This document shows, piece after piece, positions 37,385 to 47,894 of a stretch of DNA of 64,000 bases (within the stretch, counting starts at the first letter, position 1; each line of letters opens with the position of its first letter). Source of the stretch: an uncultured Pelagibacteraceae bacterium. GTDB lineage: Bacteria > Pseudomonadota > Alphaproteobacteria > Pelagibacterales > Pelagibacteraceae. Below the pieces are notes generated by a model, which saw nothing but the letters and a program-made list of their open reading frames with translations, was not told the origin of the DNA and did no database searches. The DNA is taken from contig CACNYF010000002.1 of assembly GCA_902624535.1 (NCBI GenBank), positions 3,128 to 67,127 on the forward strand. Direction: 5' to 3'. The translations under genes were made by a program, and so were the position numbers.

Positions 37385-38158
37385 ATGAAAATCGGATTTA
37401 TTGGTACAGGACATATTTCAAAATCAGTAATCAATGGAATACTGGGGTCAAGATTAAAAATTAATAAAATAATTATTTCAAAGAGAAATTCAAAAATTTC
37501 AAGTGAACTTAAAAGAAAAAGTAAAAAGATAAAAATATCTACTGATAATCAGGATATTATAAATCAATCAAATTGGGTTTTTTTAGCCGTAACACCAACG
37601 ATTGGAAAAATTATTCTTCCAAAACTAAAATTTAAAAAAGGTCAAACAATAATAAGTTTTATATCAACTATAAAAATGACTGAATTAAAAAAATATATTA
37701 AAGTTAAAACTAAGATTATTAGAGCAATTCCTTTGCCTCCAATTTCTATTAGAAAAGGACCAGTACCAATTTTTCCACCAGATAAACAAGTTAGAAATTT
37801 TTTTAATAAGCTTGGCACATCTGTTGAAATAAAAAATGAAAACTTATCACTAAATTTTTGGTCAACTTCATCAATGATGGCACCATTTTATGAATTACTA
37901 CAAACTCTGAGTGAATGGTTAGTAAAAAGGGGAATTAATAGAAGCGATTCTCAAAAGTATATTACTTCGTTATTTATTGCTTTATCTGAGGATGCAAAAA
38001 TTAATTCAAATAAAGATTTAAAAGTACTTGTTAAAAATTCACAAACCCCAAAAGGCTTAAATGAACAAGCTGTTAAAGAATTAAGAAAACTTGGATTTTA
38101 CAAATCACTAAATAAAACAGCAAATAGCGTCTTGAATAGATTAAAAAAAGGTAAGTAA
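37385..38158 (+). CDS. Pyrroline-5-carboxylate reductase family protein
   Basis: MKIGFIGTG, FLAVTP, SQTPKGLNEQ. Confidence 0.75.
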   Translation: MKIGFIGTGHISKSVINGILGSRLKINKIIISKRNSKISSELKRKSKKIKISTDNQDIINQSNWVFLAVTPTIGKIILPKLKFKKGQTIISFISTIKMTELKKYIKVKTKIIRAIPLPPISIRKGPVPIFPPDKQVRNFFNKLGTSVEIKNENLSLNFWSTSSMMAPFYELLQTLSEWLVKRGINRSDSQKYITSLFIALSEDAKINSNKDLKVLVKNSQTPKGLNEQAVKELRKLGFYKSLNKTANSVLNRLKKGK

Positions 38159-38159
38159 A

Positions 38160-38948
38160 ATGTCTGACAATATCTTACAAGTAAATAATCTTACAAAATT
38201 ATTCGGAGGACTAGCAGCAGTATCAAATTGCTCATTAAATATTAGATCGGGTTCAATCACTGGAATAATTGGTCCAAACGGTTCAGGAAAAACAACATTA
38301 TTTAATTTAATAGCTGGAAATTTAAAATCTAATGATGGAGAGGTAATATTTAATGATGAAAATATTACTGATGTACCATCGCATGAGTTGTTTGGCAGAG
38401 GATTATTGAGGACATTTCAAATTGCACATGAATTTTCAAACTTAACAGTATTAGAAAACTTAATGATGGTGCCTTCAAATCAAAGTGGAGAAAATTTATT
38501 AAATGCACTTATTAAGCCTGGACTAGTTAAAAAAGAGGAAAAAGTTATTAGAGAAAAAGCCTATGAGGTTGTAGATTTTCTTAATTTAACACATTTAGCT
38601 AATGAAAGGGCAGGAAATCTTTCGGGTGGACAAAAAAAATTATTAGAATTAGGAAGAACTATGATGGTTGATGCAAAATTGGTTTTACTTGACGAAGTAG
38701 GAGCGGGAGTTAATCGAACACTTTTAAAAGATCTAGGAACTGCAATATTAAAATTGAATAAAGAAAAAAATTACACTTTTTGTATGATAGAACATGATAT
38801 GGATTTTATAAGCAGAATGTGTGATCCAGTAATAGTAATGGCAGATGGTTCAGTTTTATTTGAAGGAACATCTGAAGAAGTCAAAAAAAATGAAAAAGTA
38901 ATTGAAAGCTATCTTGGAAAGTCAAACTTAACAAAAAAAGAAAATTAA
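38160..38948 (+). CDS. Liv-type ABC ATPase (LivG family)
   Basis: GPNGSGKTT, LSGGQ, IEHDM. Confidence 0.9.
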   Translation: MSDNILQVNNLTKLFGGLAAVSNCSLNIRSGSITGIIGPNGSGKTTLFNLIAGNLKSNDGEVIFNDENITDVPSHELFGRGLLRTFQIAHEFSNLTVLENLMMVPSNQSGENLLNALIKPGLVKKEEKVIREKAYEVVDFLNLTHLANERAGNLSGGQKKLLELGRTMMVDAKLVLLDEVGAGVNRTLLKDLGTAILKLNKEKNYTFCMIEHDMDFISRMCDPVIVMADGSVLFEGTSEEVKKNEKVIESYLGKSNLTKKEN

Positions 38949-39655
38949 TGGCATACTTTGAAGGAGCAAAAATGACTGCAGGTTATGGGGATGGCCCTGA
39001 TATTATTAGTTCATGTTCCATAACTGCCAATAGAGGAGAGATAGTAGCTATTCTAGGCCCCAATGGTGCTGGCAAATCAACAGCCATGAAAGCGATGCTC
39101 GGATTATTAAAATTAAAATCAGGCTCTGTAACTTTGAATGGTGAAGATATTTCAAAAATTAATCCTCAAGATCGAGTAAAAAAGGGTATTTCATTTGTTC
39201 CACAAACAAGAAATGTATTTGCAGAATTAACTGTTAGAGAAAATTTAGAGATCGGTGGCTTTTTGACAGAAGGGAGTTTAGAAAATAAAATTGAGAGTAT
39301 TTATAGCTTATTTCCGATCTTGAGCGAAAAAAAATCCCAAGTCGTCGGACAATTATCTGGTGGACAACGTCAGCAAGTCGCGCTTGGAAGAGCTTTAATG
39401 AGTGATCCATCAGTTCTTATGTTAGATGAGCCTACAGCTGGAGTTTCTCCAATTGTAATGGATGAATTGTTTGAACATATAATAAAAGTTAAAAAAACAA
39501 ATGTTGCCGTTATTATGGTTGAGCAAAACGCAAAGCAAGCATTAAGTATTTCAGATCGAGGCTATGTATTGGTAACAGGTCAAAATAAATTTGAGGGATC
39601 CGGTAATGATTTGCTTGAGGATCCAGAGGTTCGTAGATCATTTTTGGGAGCATAA
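38948..39655 (+). CDS. Liv-type ABC ATPase (LivF family)
   Basis: GPNGAGKST, LSGGQRQ, VEQNA. Confidence 0.9.
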   Translation: MAYFEGAKMTAGYGDGPDIISSCSITANRGEIVAILGPNGAGKSTAMKAMLGLLKLKSGSVTLNGEDISKINPQDRVKKGISFVPQTRNVFAELTVRENLEIGGFLTEGSLENKIESIYSLFPILSEKKSQVVGQLSGGQRQQVALGRALMSDPSVLMLDEPTAGVSPIVMDELFEHIIKVKKTNVAVIMVEQNAKQALSISDRGYVLVTGQNKFEGSGNDLLEDPEVRRSFLGA

Positions 39656-40665
39656 TGGATTTCTTAAATGCAATAATTGTACTTTTTAATTTCACAGTAA
39701 TACCAGCCTTAGCTTATGGTTCACAATTAGCTTTAGGTGCTATTTTTGTTACTTTAATTTATGCAGTTTTAAGATTCGCTAATTTTGCAACTGGAGACAT
39801 GATGTCATTTGGAACAATGTTCGCAGTTATTCTTACATATTATTTTCAATCTTTAGGTATTGGATTAGGTGTTTTACCAACAGCACTTTTAACAATTCCT
39901 TTTGCAATCTTAATGATGATTTTATACATGTTAATCATAGACAAATTTGTTTTCAGTTATTATAGGATAAAAAAAAGTCCTCCAGTTCAGTTTGCAATGG
40001 TTAGTGTAGGGGTAATGTTTGTCACTCAAGCCTTAATTAGAATAATCATTGGACCATCTGATAGAATATTTTTAGATGGTGAAAAATTTATACTTAAAGC
40101 AACAGAATTTAAAGAAATGACAGGCCTTGCTGAAGGTATAACTTTAAAATCAACACAAGCAATAACAATCATTGTAACGTTAATTGTTGTTTCAATAATG
40201 TTTTGGTTTTTAAATAGAACAAAAACAGGCACAAGTATGAGAGCTTATTCAGACAATGAAGATTTAGCATTATTGTCTGGTATAGATCCTAAAAGAGTTG
40301 TTTTGATAACTTGGGTGATTGCAGGAATTTTGGCTACTATTGGTGGAGTATTATATGGTTTAGATAAAAGTTATAGACCTTTCGTTTATTTTAATAATAT
40401 GCTTCCAATATTTGCAGCGGCAATTGTTGGAGGAATAGGAAATCCGTTTGGAGCTTTCTTAGGTGGATATGTCATAGCTTTTGCAGAAATATTTGTAACT
40501 TATGCTTACAAAAGATTTATTTCATATCTATTACCTGAACATCTTGAGCCAGACTCTTTACTCCAGTTATTATCGACAGATTACAAGTTTGCAGTTTCGT
40601 TCTCAATTTTAGTAATTGTTTTATTAATAAGACCGTCAGGTATCTTTAAAGGAAAAGTAATATGA
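39655..40665 (+). CDS. Liv-type ABC permease (LivH family)
   Basis: LRFANFATGD, MRAYSDN, GGIGNP. Confidence 0.9.
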   Translation: MDFLNAIIVLFNFTVIPALAYGSQLALGAIFVTLIYAVLRFANFATGDMMSFGTMFAVILTYYFQSLGIGLGVLPTALLTIPFAILMMILYMLIIDKFVFSYYRIKKSPPVQFAMVSVGVMFVTQALIRIIIGPSDRIFLDGEKFILKATEFKEMTGLAEGITLKSTQAITIIVTLIVVSIMFWFLNRTKTGTSMRAYSDNEDLALLSGIDPKRVVLITWVIAGILATIGGVLYGLDKSYRPFVYFNNMLPIFAAAIVGGIGNPFGAFLGGYVIAFAEIFVTYAYKRFISYLLPEHLEPDSLLQLLSTDYKFAVSFSILVIVLLIRPSGIFKGKVI

Positions 40666-42032
40666 GGAATTATAAAAATGTCATCGCCGCATATTCAATC
40701 ATGATATTTTTAATTATTTTGGTTGGGATATTTCAATCCTGGTCTATTGCATTAACTATTTTAAATTATTGTTTAATTTCTGCAGTTATGACTATTGGGG
40801 CAAATATACAATGGGGTTATGCTGGATTAATTAATTTTGGGATAATGGGATATACAGCATTAGGAGGATTAGCTGTAGTCTTGGTTTCGGTTGAACCAGT
40901 CAAAAAAGCTTGGCAAGTTGGAGGCTTAAATATTTTAGCTTGTATATGGATAATTATTGCAATTATCTTTGTAGTTAAATTTATACTAAATAGATTTGAT
41001 AAGTCTAAATTAAGAAATTACTCAGTAGCTTCTGTAATTCTAGGTGGAATAATTCTGTTAAGAATAACTGCGGCACCAGGCATTGAAGCCATCGAGGCAA
41101 TAGATCCAGCAAAGACAGGTTTTTTAGGAGGAATGGGATTACCAGTTTTATTATCTTGGATATTTGGAGCATTACTAGCAGGAGGACTTGCTTTTATAAT
41201 TGGAAAAATTGCCCTTGGTCTCCGAGCTGACTATTTAGCAATTGCAACATTATTAATTGCAGAAATTATAGTTTCAATAATTAAGCATGAGGAGTGGCTT
41301 GCAAGAGGAGTTAAAAATGTTACAGGTTTAAAAAGACCAGCGCCATACGAGATTGATCTGCAAGCCTCAGAATGGTTTGTTAATTTAGTTGCAAAATTTC
41401 ATTCAACAAAATTAAATTTAATAAATTCAGCCTCTGAAAAGCAAGAGGCTTTAACTCAAATGGTAATTGAAGCCTCATCTATCTACGTAAAACTTTGCTT
41501 TTCTGGTTTATTTTTTACGGTTGTTATTATTTTATTAATACTGACACAGAAGGCTCTATATTCCCCTTGGGGTAGAAAAATGAGAGCTATAAGAGATAAT
41601 GAGGTTGCAGCAAGTGCAATGGGTAAAAACGTTGTTAAAGAGCATCTACTTATTTTTATTTTAGGATCTGCAATTGTTGGTTTGGCTGGAGCTATGATGG
41701 TTACAAATGATGGATTATTTACACCAACTAGCTATAGGCCAATGAGATACACTTTTGTAATATGGGTAATGGTAATTGTTGGAGGAACAGGCAACAACTT
41801 TGGGGCAATTTTAGGAGGATTTGTAGTTTGGTTTTTATGGGTTGAAGCTGCTCCTATAGCATTATTTTTAATAAATTTATTTACAGCACATCTGCCAGAA
41901 ACTAATTCAGTTAAAGTTCATTTAATCGAAAGTGCACCATATTTCAGATTTTTAGTTATAGGAATTGGCTTATTACTAATTATGAGGTTTAGACCCCAAG
42001 GAATTATACCTGAAAAAATAGTTAAACAATAA
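40662..42032 (+). CDS. Liv-type ABC permease (LivM family)
   Basis: QWGYAGLINFG, LRADYLAIATL, MRAIRDNE. Confidence 0.9.
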   Translation: MRNYKNVIAAYSIMIFLIILVGIFQSWSIALTILNYCLISAVMTIGANIQWGYAGLINFGIMGYTALGGLAVVLVSVEPVKKAWQVGGLNILACIWIIIAIIFVVKFILNRFDKSKLRNYSVASVILGGIILLRITAAPGIEAIEAIDPAKTGFLGGMGLPVLLSWIFGALLAGGLAFIIGKIALGLRADYLAIATLLIAEIIVSIIKHEEWLARGVKNVTGLKRPAPYEIDLQASEWFVNLVAKFHSTKLNLINSASEKQEALTQMVIEASSIYVKLCFSGLFFTVVIILLILTQKALYSPWGRKMRAIRDNEVAASAMGKNVVKEHLLIFILGSAIVGLAGAMMVTNDGLFTPTSYRPMRYTFVIWVMVIVGGTGNNFGAILGGFVVWFLWVEAAPIALFLINLFTAHLPETNSVKVHLIESAPYFRFLVIGIGLLLIMRFRPQGIIPEKIVKQ

Positions 42033-42100
42033 TGTATTATATATTGCTTGGTATTTTTATTGGTCTAGTCTTGTATTTAGGAGATAAATATTTATTTTAA
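42032..42100 (+). CDS. Candidate 22-aa single-TM small protein MYYILLGIFIGLVLYLGDKYLF
   Basis: TAATG stop/start overlap with livM; stop lies immediately before the terminator. Confidence 0.5.
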   Translation: MYYILLGIFIGLVLYLGDKYLF

Positions 42101-42103
42101 GGC

Positions 42104-42141
42104 AAAAACCCCAACAATATTTTTGTTGGGGTTTTTTTTTT
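42104..42141. terminator. Bidirectional intrinsic terminator
   Basis: AAAAA-CCCCAACAA-TATTT-TTGTTGGGG-T10 between convergent genes. Confidence 0.9.
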
Positions 42142-42143
42142 AA

Positions 42144-43334
42144 TTATCTTTGCTTTACATCCACAAACTTCCCACCTTTTACTTCAAACTCAAGGAATGA
42201 TCCGTTTGCTTCACCAACGTCAGTAAGTTCTACGTCAGTAGCTCCTTCATAATTTACTGCTTTACCTTTAGCTAATAAATCAAGTGCTTTTTTTAATTCA
42301 CCTGGATAAATTTTTGTTCCAGGAGCATTTGCAACTGACATCACATTTTTTTGAACCGTAGCTCTATCAGCTTTTCCACCTGCCTGCATTGATAACACTA
42401 TAAGGGCTGCAGCGTCATAGGACTGACCTGTAAAAGGTCCAGCAGAGTCTATACCTGCATTTTTAGCATAATCTGTAAAAATATTTGCACCTTTGCTCAT
42501 TGATCCAGGTCTAGAACCAAATGATTTATTTAAATCTTTCCCAAATCTTTTTGTCAGAGATTCACCATACATTCCATCAGACAAAACAAATTTATCAAAT
42601 GCGCCAGAGTCCAAAGAACCTTGAATTATACTTCCACCTGCTTGATCAAGATATCCTAGAACAGCCAATGCCTCTCCACCTGCAGCAGCTAGTGTAGCAA
42701 CTTCAGCACCGTAATCTGCCTTACCTTCTTCGTGAGCAGTTACAGCTGTTACTTTAATGCCAAGTGATTTTACAAAAGACTCGTAAACATCTGCTAATCC
42801 TTTTCCATAATCATTATTTGTATAAGTTATAGCAACGCTCTTAACTTTTCTATCCTTTGTGATTTTTGCTAAGATTTCACCTCCTCTGGCATCAGACGGA
42901 GCTGTTCTAAAGAAATACCCATTATCATTTATTGATGTTAATGCTGGGGACGTTGCGGATGGAGATATCATTACTACTCCATTAGGAATCGCAGCGTTAT
43001 CAGCTATTGCAGTTGTTACACCTGAACAATCTGCACCCATTATTGCAACTACACCACCATCAATTAAACCTTGAGCAGCAGTTGTTCCAGCAGCAGAGTC
43101 AGCACAAGTTGAGTCTCCTCTCATTGCCTTAATATATTTTCCACCAAGTAATGAGCCAGAATCTGATGCTTCTTTAAAAGCAAGTTCCGCAGAAGCAGCC
43201 ATTGCAGGTGTTAGGGTTTCAATTGGACCAGTAAATCCTAAAATAATACCCATTTTAATTCCATGCCCATCTGAAAAAGCTTTTGAAGTAAAGCTTAAGA
43301 TAAACACGAATATACCTATTAATAATTTTTTCAT
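42144..43334 (-). CDS. Liv-type ABC substrate-binding protein
   Basis: Signal peptide, GFTGPIE, ISPSATSP, FFRTAPSD, NNDYGKG. Confidence 0.9.
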   Translation of the reverse strand: MKKLLIGIFVFILSFTSKAFSDGHGIKMGIILGFTGPIETLTPAMAASAELAFKEASDSGSLLGGKYIKAMRGDSTCADSAAGTTAAQGLIDGGVVAIMGADCSGVTTAIADNAAIPNGVVMISPSATSPALTSINDNGYFFRTAPSDARGGEILAKITKDRKVKSVAITYTNNDYGKGLADVYESFVKSLGIKVTAVTAHEEGKADYGAEVATLAAAGGEALAVLGYLDQAGGSIIQGSLDSGAFDKFVLSDGMYGESLTKRFGKDLNKSFGSRPGSMSKGANIFTDYAKNAGIDSAGPFTGQSYDAAALIVLSMQAGGKADRATVQKNVMSVANAPGTKIYPGELKKALDLLAKGKAVNYEGATDVELTDVGEANGSFLEFEVKGGKFVDVKQR

Positions 43335-43462
43335 ATTTTCCCTTTAATTGTTAACAATTTATATAATCAAAATTAAATCTTATTGGATTATTTTTTCAAT
43401 CACAATTTTGTCTGATATTTGAGGAATTATCAGTTAATTTTAATAATATTTTAATTTTTTCT

Positions 43463-46400
43463 TTAAAATTTAAAAGATCCTGTCACAATAAAGTTTGTAT
43501 CTAGGTTATCCTGTTTAAAATGTCCCAAATCATCAGTTATTATCGTTTTAAATCCCAATCTTAAAGAACTATCAAATTCTCTAATATAACTTAAAGTTAT
43601 ATCTTTTTGTCTACCTGATGGACTTAGCTCTATATTATGATCTTTGTATGGTATTACCCCATTTTTATCTGATAATCCTATAAATCGAAATTTCATATCA
43701 CCTTTTTCAATCCGGTTAGGTTGTGAGTATATAAAATTAAAACTATCTTTTCCAAATATGTTATTTAATTGATAATCAATTTCAAAACTTGAACTTAAAA
43801 CTTTTGATGAACCAATTATAAAGTTATCATTTCCATTTTTTAACTGAGAAATTCCAGTGGTATTATTAAATGATATTGAACTGTCGTTATTAAAATTTTT
43901 ATTTAAATTTAAACCAAAAAAATTTGTTACATTGTCATTATTTAATCCAAAAGCCCCACTTAATTTTGAAAGTAAAAAGCTTTCACTTTCTTTTATAACA
44001 CCCGTTGTTAAGGATAATTCATCAAAATTTTTATTATTTAAATTTAATGAAAAAGCAATTGTTTCTATAGGTAAAGCCATATCTTTATTTATATTTGTAA
44101 GAGGATTAATTGTTGAATTATTGTAACTAATTAATAAATCACTACCATCCAAGTATAGTCTTTGATTAAAACCAATACCCTTATTTTCAGTTAAAAAAGG
44201 ATTTATATAAAAATTATTTTTTGGTAAAGCATTTTGAATTGCTAAATTTGGGACATCTAATGTTATGCTTGTACCATAGTTATATTTATTTTTAAAATTA
44301 ATATACTCTCCCCCCAAAAGATTATTTGAAATCTGACCACTTATTTCATTTTTTCTCAAATTTTCTAATTCTTTGGTTACAGATACCTTTATTCTTTGAG
44401 TATCTTTATTTTCCATATTAATAAAATCTGAAATATATATTTTAAAACCACCATGCAATGCATCATAAGCATATGTAAATTTATTTTCTAAACCTTTAGA
44501 TATTGCATTGCCCAAAGACGATGATGTAGACAAAGATGATAGAGAAACAGGATATTTTTTTAATTGTGCAAATGGTATTTGCCCGCCACCTGAAGATCCA
44601 CCTCCACCACCACTTCCTCCACCCCCTCCAAATGAAAGAGGATTCAAGCTTGTTGTTATAGGCGATAAAGCGGCATACATGTCAGGCACACCATGACCCC
44701 ATGTATCATTATAACCATGCTTTATAGATGCTCCATGAACTGTAAATGTAGTGTTGCCGCTTGGTGTAAACCAAGCGTTATTCGCAGATGCCAAAAGTCT
44801 ATCTGTTAGCTGCTCGGGTGTATGGTTAGGAAAAGCTTGTCCTAAAAGCGCGATCATACCTGAAACTTGGGGTGCACCCATTGATGATCCATTGAGAGTA
44901 GAATATTGACTTGTGCCTCCAGAATCTATGTATCCAGCGGCACCGATTTGTTTATCATCAACCACTAAACACCATTCTTTAGCTGCTCCACAGGGATTAC
45001 CTAATCTATTAAAGTCTGATGTAGAGGCTCCAGACAAAGATGTTCCAGTAAATTCTGCATACATTACTGAAAGCCATGCATCAGTCAAATCAACTGAGTC
45101 ATCCGTACCATTGAAATATGCAGGAAGTGCTGCCATCACGCTTACATCTGTGTCATTCACATAATTTGAACTAGCCCAGACTATTACACCACTATTTTGA
45201 AAATTATCTAGGGCGGTAATATATGTAGATGTGTGTGCGCCAAAAGCATGCATAGTAGAATTATTTAATTCTTCTCTTATAGTTCTACCATTATTGCTGG
45301 CATCATTGACTAATTCAGACCACTCAACAGAACTAGTGCACACACTTCCAGAACAACCTTGACTATATCCCCAACTATTATTCATTACAATTGCAGAATG
45401 TGTTGTTCTTGCCGTGTCTATATCCGAAGCTTGAGCAGTACCATTATCATTAAAGGTTGAAAATACAATATCAGCATCTGGGGCAACACCATGAGTTGTT
45501 CCACTGATAACACCAGCAGCAATACTAGCCACATGTGTACCATGTTGCGCTGAAGAATTTGATGTTGAGGGAGAGTCTAGCATTGTTACCGTTTTACCTT
45601 GAAATGAAGAATGATTATTATGCATAGCATCATCCATTACATAGATAGTTTGATTGTCACCAAGTAAATATTGATTACTGCTATTCTTAAATGAATGAGC
45701 TTTATGTAAATTCACTAGTTCATATGGATGAACATTATTTGAAGATTGATCAACTGTAGTCCAGGAAGACCTACCAGTGATTGTGCTTTGAACACTTGTA
45801 TCTTCTGAATAAGTTGTTGTATTGCATTTTAATACATAATCATAAATTGTAATAGTTGTTTGAGTATTACCTGTTGTAGAGACATCTGTTGTACTTGCTG
45901 TTAGTATAACGGTTTCTGAAGTTTCATTTGTAGTGTCATTTACAGGTGTAAGAGTTATAGATGCACTTGTCGATCCAGATACAATTGTTGAGGATGAAGA
46001 AGATAGATTATAATCTGTACCAGCGCTAGCAGTTCCACCTGTACTATATGTAATATTTACGTTAGACGAGTGGGCTTTTGTTAAAGTTCCAGTGATAGTA
46101 ATTCCTGTATCACACTCACCCAAAGAACTTGAAGAAACTGAAAAAGATATTGTGGCTGGACTTGACGAGGTTCCGCCACTTCCACCTCCCCCTCCAGAAA
46201 GTCCAATGGCTCCAGCTACCGCAAGAGCTCCAATTTGAGTTCCACTTAAACCAGAACCTGAGATAAATTTATCAGGTTTAAAACTACTTAATAATAAAGG
46301 ATCAAAAGAATTATAAATGTTTAATAGCAATTCTTCTCTTTTGAATTTAGATAAATAACCTTTTTCAAATGTTAAAAAGTTAATATCTTCAGTTATTGCG

Positions 46401-46882
46401 TAAATATCTTTTGGATTATTTTTAATGTGTCTTTTTAGTTTGCTAAAGTCTCTTTCATCAATATTAAAATTTTTGGCCTCATTATAACTATCTGAAAATA
46501 CTGATGGTTTATTAAATATATTTTCTTCTTGAGCTATTTTATCTAAATCAGGATTTAATGTTTTATTTAAGTTTTTTTCAAAACTCTTTAATTTTTCTAA
46601 AAAACTTTTTTTTTCAACCACAATTTCTTGGTTGGGTAGTTCTAGGTCAATTATATCATCTATAATTCCTGATTTTTTCTCTATTAATTTAATTGTGTCT
46701 TTATCTAATTTTATTCCTTGATTTTTAAAACATTCATTAAGTTTATTCTTATAACCAGTAAAACTTTTATATTCATCAACACATCCACTTAATTCTAAAT
46801 AGTTTTTAAAATTTGCTGAGAATGCATAACTTAAATTTATTAAATAAAATATTAAAGATATAAAAATAATCTTAGTTCTCAT
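43463..46882 (-). CDS. Large secreted S8 (subtilisin-like) protease with Calx-beta-like domain and C-terminal beta-barrel-like region
   Basis: Triad motifs VMDD, HGTHVASIAAG, GSSMGAPQVSG; NNSWG; YSTGGTASAGTDY; terminal Phe. Confidence 0.85.
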   Translation of the reverse strand: MRTKIIFISLIFYLINLSYAFSANFKNYLELSGCVDEYKSFTGYKNKLNECFKNQGIKLDKDTIKLIEKKSGIIDDIIDLELPNQEIVVEKKSFLEKLKSFEKNLNKTLNPDLDKIAQEENIFNKPSVFSDSYNEAKNFNIDERDFSKLKRHIKNNPKDIYAITEDINFLTFEKGYLSKFKREELLLNIYNSFDPLLLSSFKPDKFISGSGLSGTQIGALAVAGAIGLSGGGGGSGGTSSSPATISFSVSSSSLGECDTGITITGTLTKAHSSNVNITYSTGGTASAGTDYNLSSSSSTIVSGSTSASITLTPVNDTTNETSETVILTASTTDVSTTGNTQTTITIYDYVLKCNTTTYSEDTSVQSTITGRSSWTTVDQSSNNVHPYELVNLHKAHSFKNSSNQYLLGDNQTIYVMDDAMHNNHSSFQGKTVTMLDSPSTSNSSAQHGTHVASIAAGVISGTTHGVAPDADIVFSTFNDNGTAQASDIDTARTTHSAIVMNNSWGYSQGCSGSVCTSSVEWSELVNDASNNGRTIREELNNSTMHAFGAHTSTYITALDNFQNSGVIVWASSNYVNDTDVSVMAALPAYFNGTDDSVDLTDAWLSVMYAEFTGTSLSGASTSDFNRLGNPCGAAKEWCLVVDDKQIGAAGYIDSGGTSQYSTLNGSSMGAPQVSGMIALLGQAFPNHTPEQLTDRLLASANNAWFTPSGNTTFTVHGASIKHGYNDTWGHGVPDMYAALSPITTSLNPLSFGGGGGSGGGGGSSGGGQIPFAQLKKYPVSLSSLSTSSSLGNAISKGLENKFTYAYDALHGGFKIYISDFINMENKDTQRIKVSVTKELENLRKNEISGQISNNLLGGEYINFKNKYNYGTSITLDVPNLAIQNALPKNNFYINPFLTENKGIGFNQRLYLDGSDLLISYNNSTINPLTNINKDMALPIETIAFSLNLNNKNFDELSLTTGVIKESESFLLSKLSGAFGLNNDNVTNFFGLNLNKNFNNDSSISFNNTTGISQLKNGNDNFIIGSSKVLSSSFEIDYQLNNIFGKDSFNFIYSQPNRIEKGDMKFRFIGLSDKNGVIPYKDHNIELSPSGRQKDITLSYIREFDSSLRLGFKTIITDDLGHFKQDNLDTNFIVTGSFKF

Positions 46883-46888
46883 AAATTA

Positions 46889-47845
46889 TTATCTATTTGG
46901 AGTATCTGTTGCTATCATCTGATTTTTTACTTTTTCTCTTAAATATATATAAACACCAGCAGCAATAATAATTGCTGCCCCAATGAAAGTGCGAGTAGTT
47001 GGAATAGTTTCGAAAAGAATATATCCGGCGACCATAGCAAAAATTATATAAGAATATTCAAACAAAGAAATTATGGAAGGTGACGCAATACTATAAGCAG
47101 AAAAAACGCAGAAAAAAGATATAGAGGCTACAATACCCATTATCAAAACATATGGCCATGAAGCCGAAGGATTAGTAAACCATTCTCTTACAATAAACTG
47201 TAAAGTTGGATCAGAAAAATTATTAAATTTTCCATCTCCACTAACAAAATAAATAATTAAACTTACAACAACTGCAAAAATATAAAGCAAGGTCATTTGA
47301 GTATAAATATTATCTTTATCAGAAGTATATTTTGTAATAGTCATTGAGCATGCATAACAAAGTGCACATCCAACAGGTGCTAATTTAAAAAAATTAAATT
47401 CTTCAAGTGTTGGATTTAGTACAATTAATACTCCCATAAAACCCACAACAATTGCACTCCATCTTCGAATTCCAATTTGTTCCTTTAAAAAAAATTTAGC
47501 AAACATTGACATAAAGAAAGGACATGAGAAAAATAATGCACTAACCATTGCCAAAGACATAAAAGTTAAAGAAATATAGAAAAAGGCAAATCCAAAAAAG
47601 AAACAAATAACTCTAAGCAAAGTTAAAAAAGGATAATGAGTTTTAAGAGTAAATTTTTTTTTTGTTATTAAAAAAAAGGATATGAGGATAGTCGCTTGTA
47701 TTAAGGTTCTTCCCAAATATAACTCAAATAATGCAATATCTTCAAAAATAAACTTTATCAATGAATCTTGAATGGAAAAAAAAGCCATTCCAGTCATAAT
47801 AAACAAAATACCTTTTGTATTATCGTTTGTTTGCATATCGCACAT
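46889..47845 (-). CDS. DMT/EamA family transporter
   Basis: FLKEQIGIRRWSAIVVGF, LFEYS. Confidence 0.85.
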   Translation of the reverse strand: MCDMQTNDNTKGILFIMTGMAFFSIQDSLIKFIFEDIALFELYLGRTLIQATILISFFLITKKKFTLKTHYPFLTLLRVICFFFGFAFFYISLTFMSLAMVSALFFSCPFFMSMFAKFFLKEQIGIRRWSAIVVGFMGVLIVLNPTLEEFNFFKLAPVGCALCYACSMTITKYTSDKDNIYTQMTLLYIFAVVVSLIIYFVSGDGKFNNFSDPTLQFIVREWFTNPSASWPYVLIMGIVASISFFCVFSAYSIASPSIISLFEYSYIIFAMVAGYILFETIPTTRTFIGAAIIIAAGVYIYLREKVKNQMIATDTPNR

Positions 47846-47894
47846 ATATCAAAAAAACTTTAACCTTCATAATTAATAAGATACTCTTAAACAA

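Noticed and set aside
44580-44630. GC-rich CCA/CCT repeats (also about 46170-46200)
   Set aside because: Encode poly-Gly/Ser linkers in the protease; not a DNA repeat element or CRISPR
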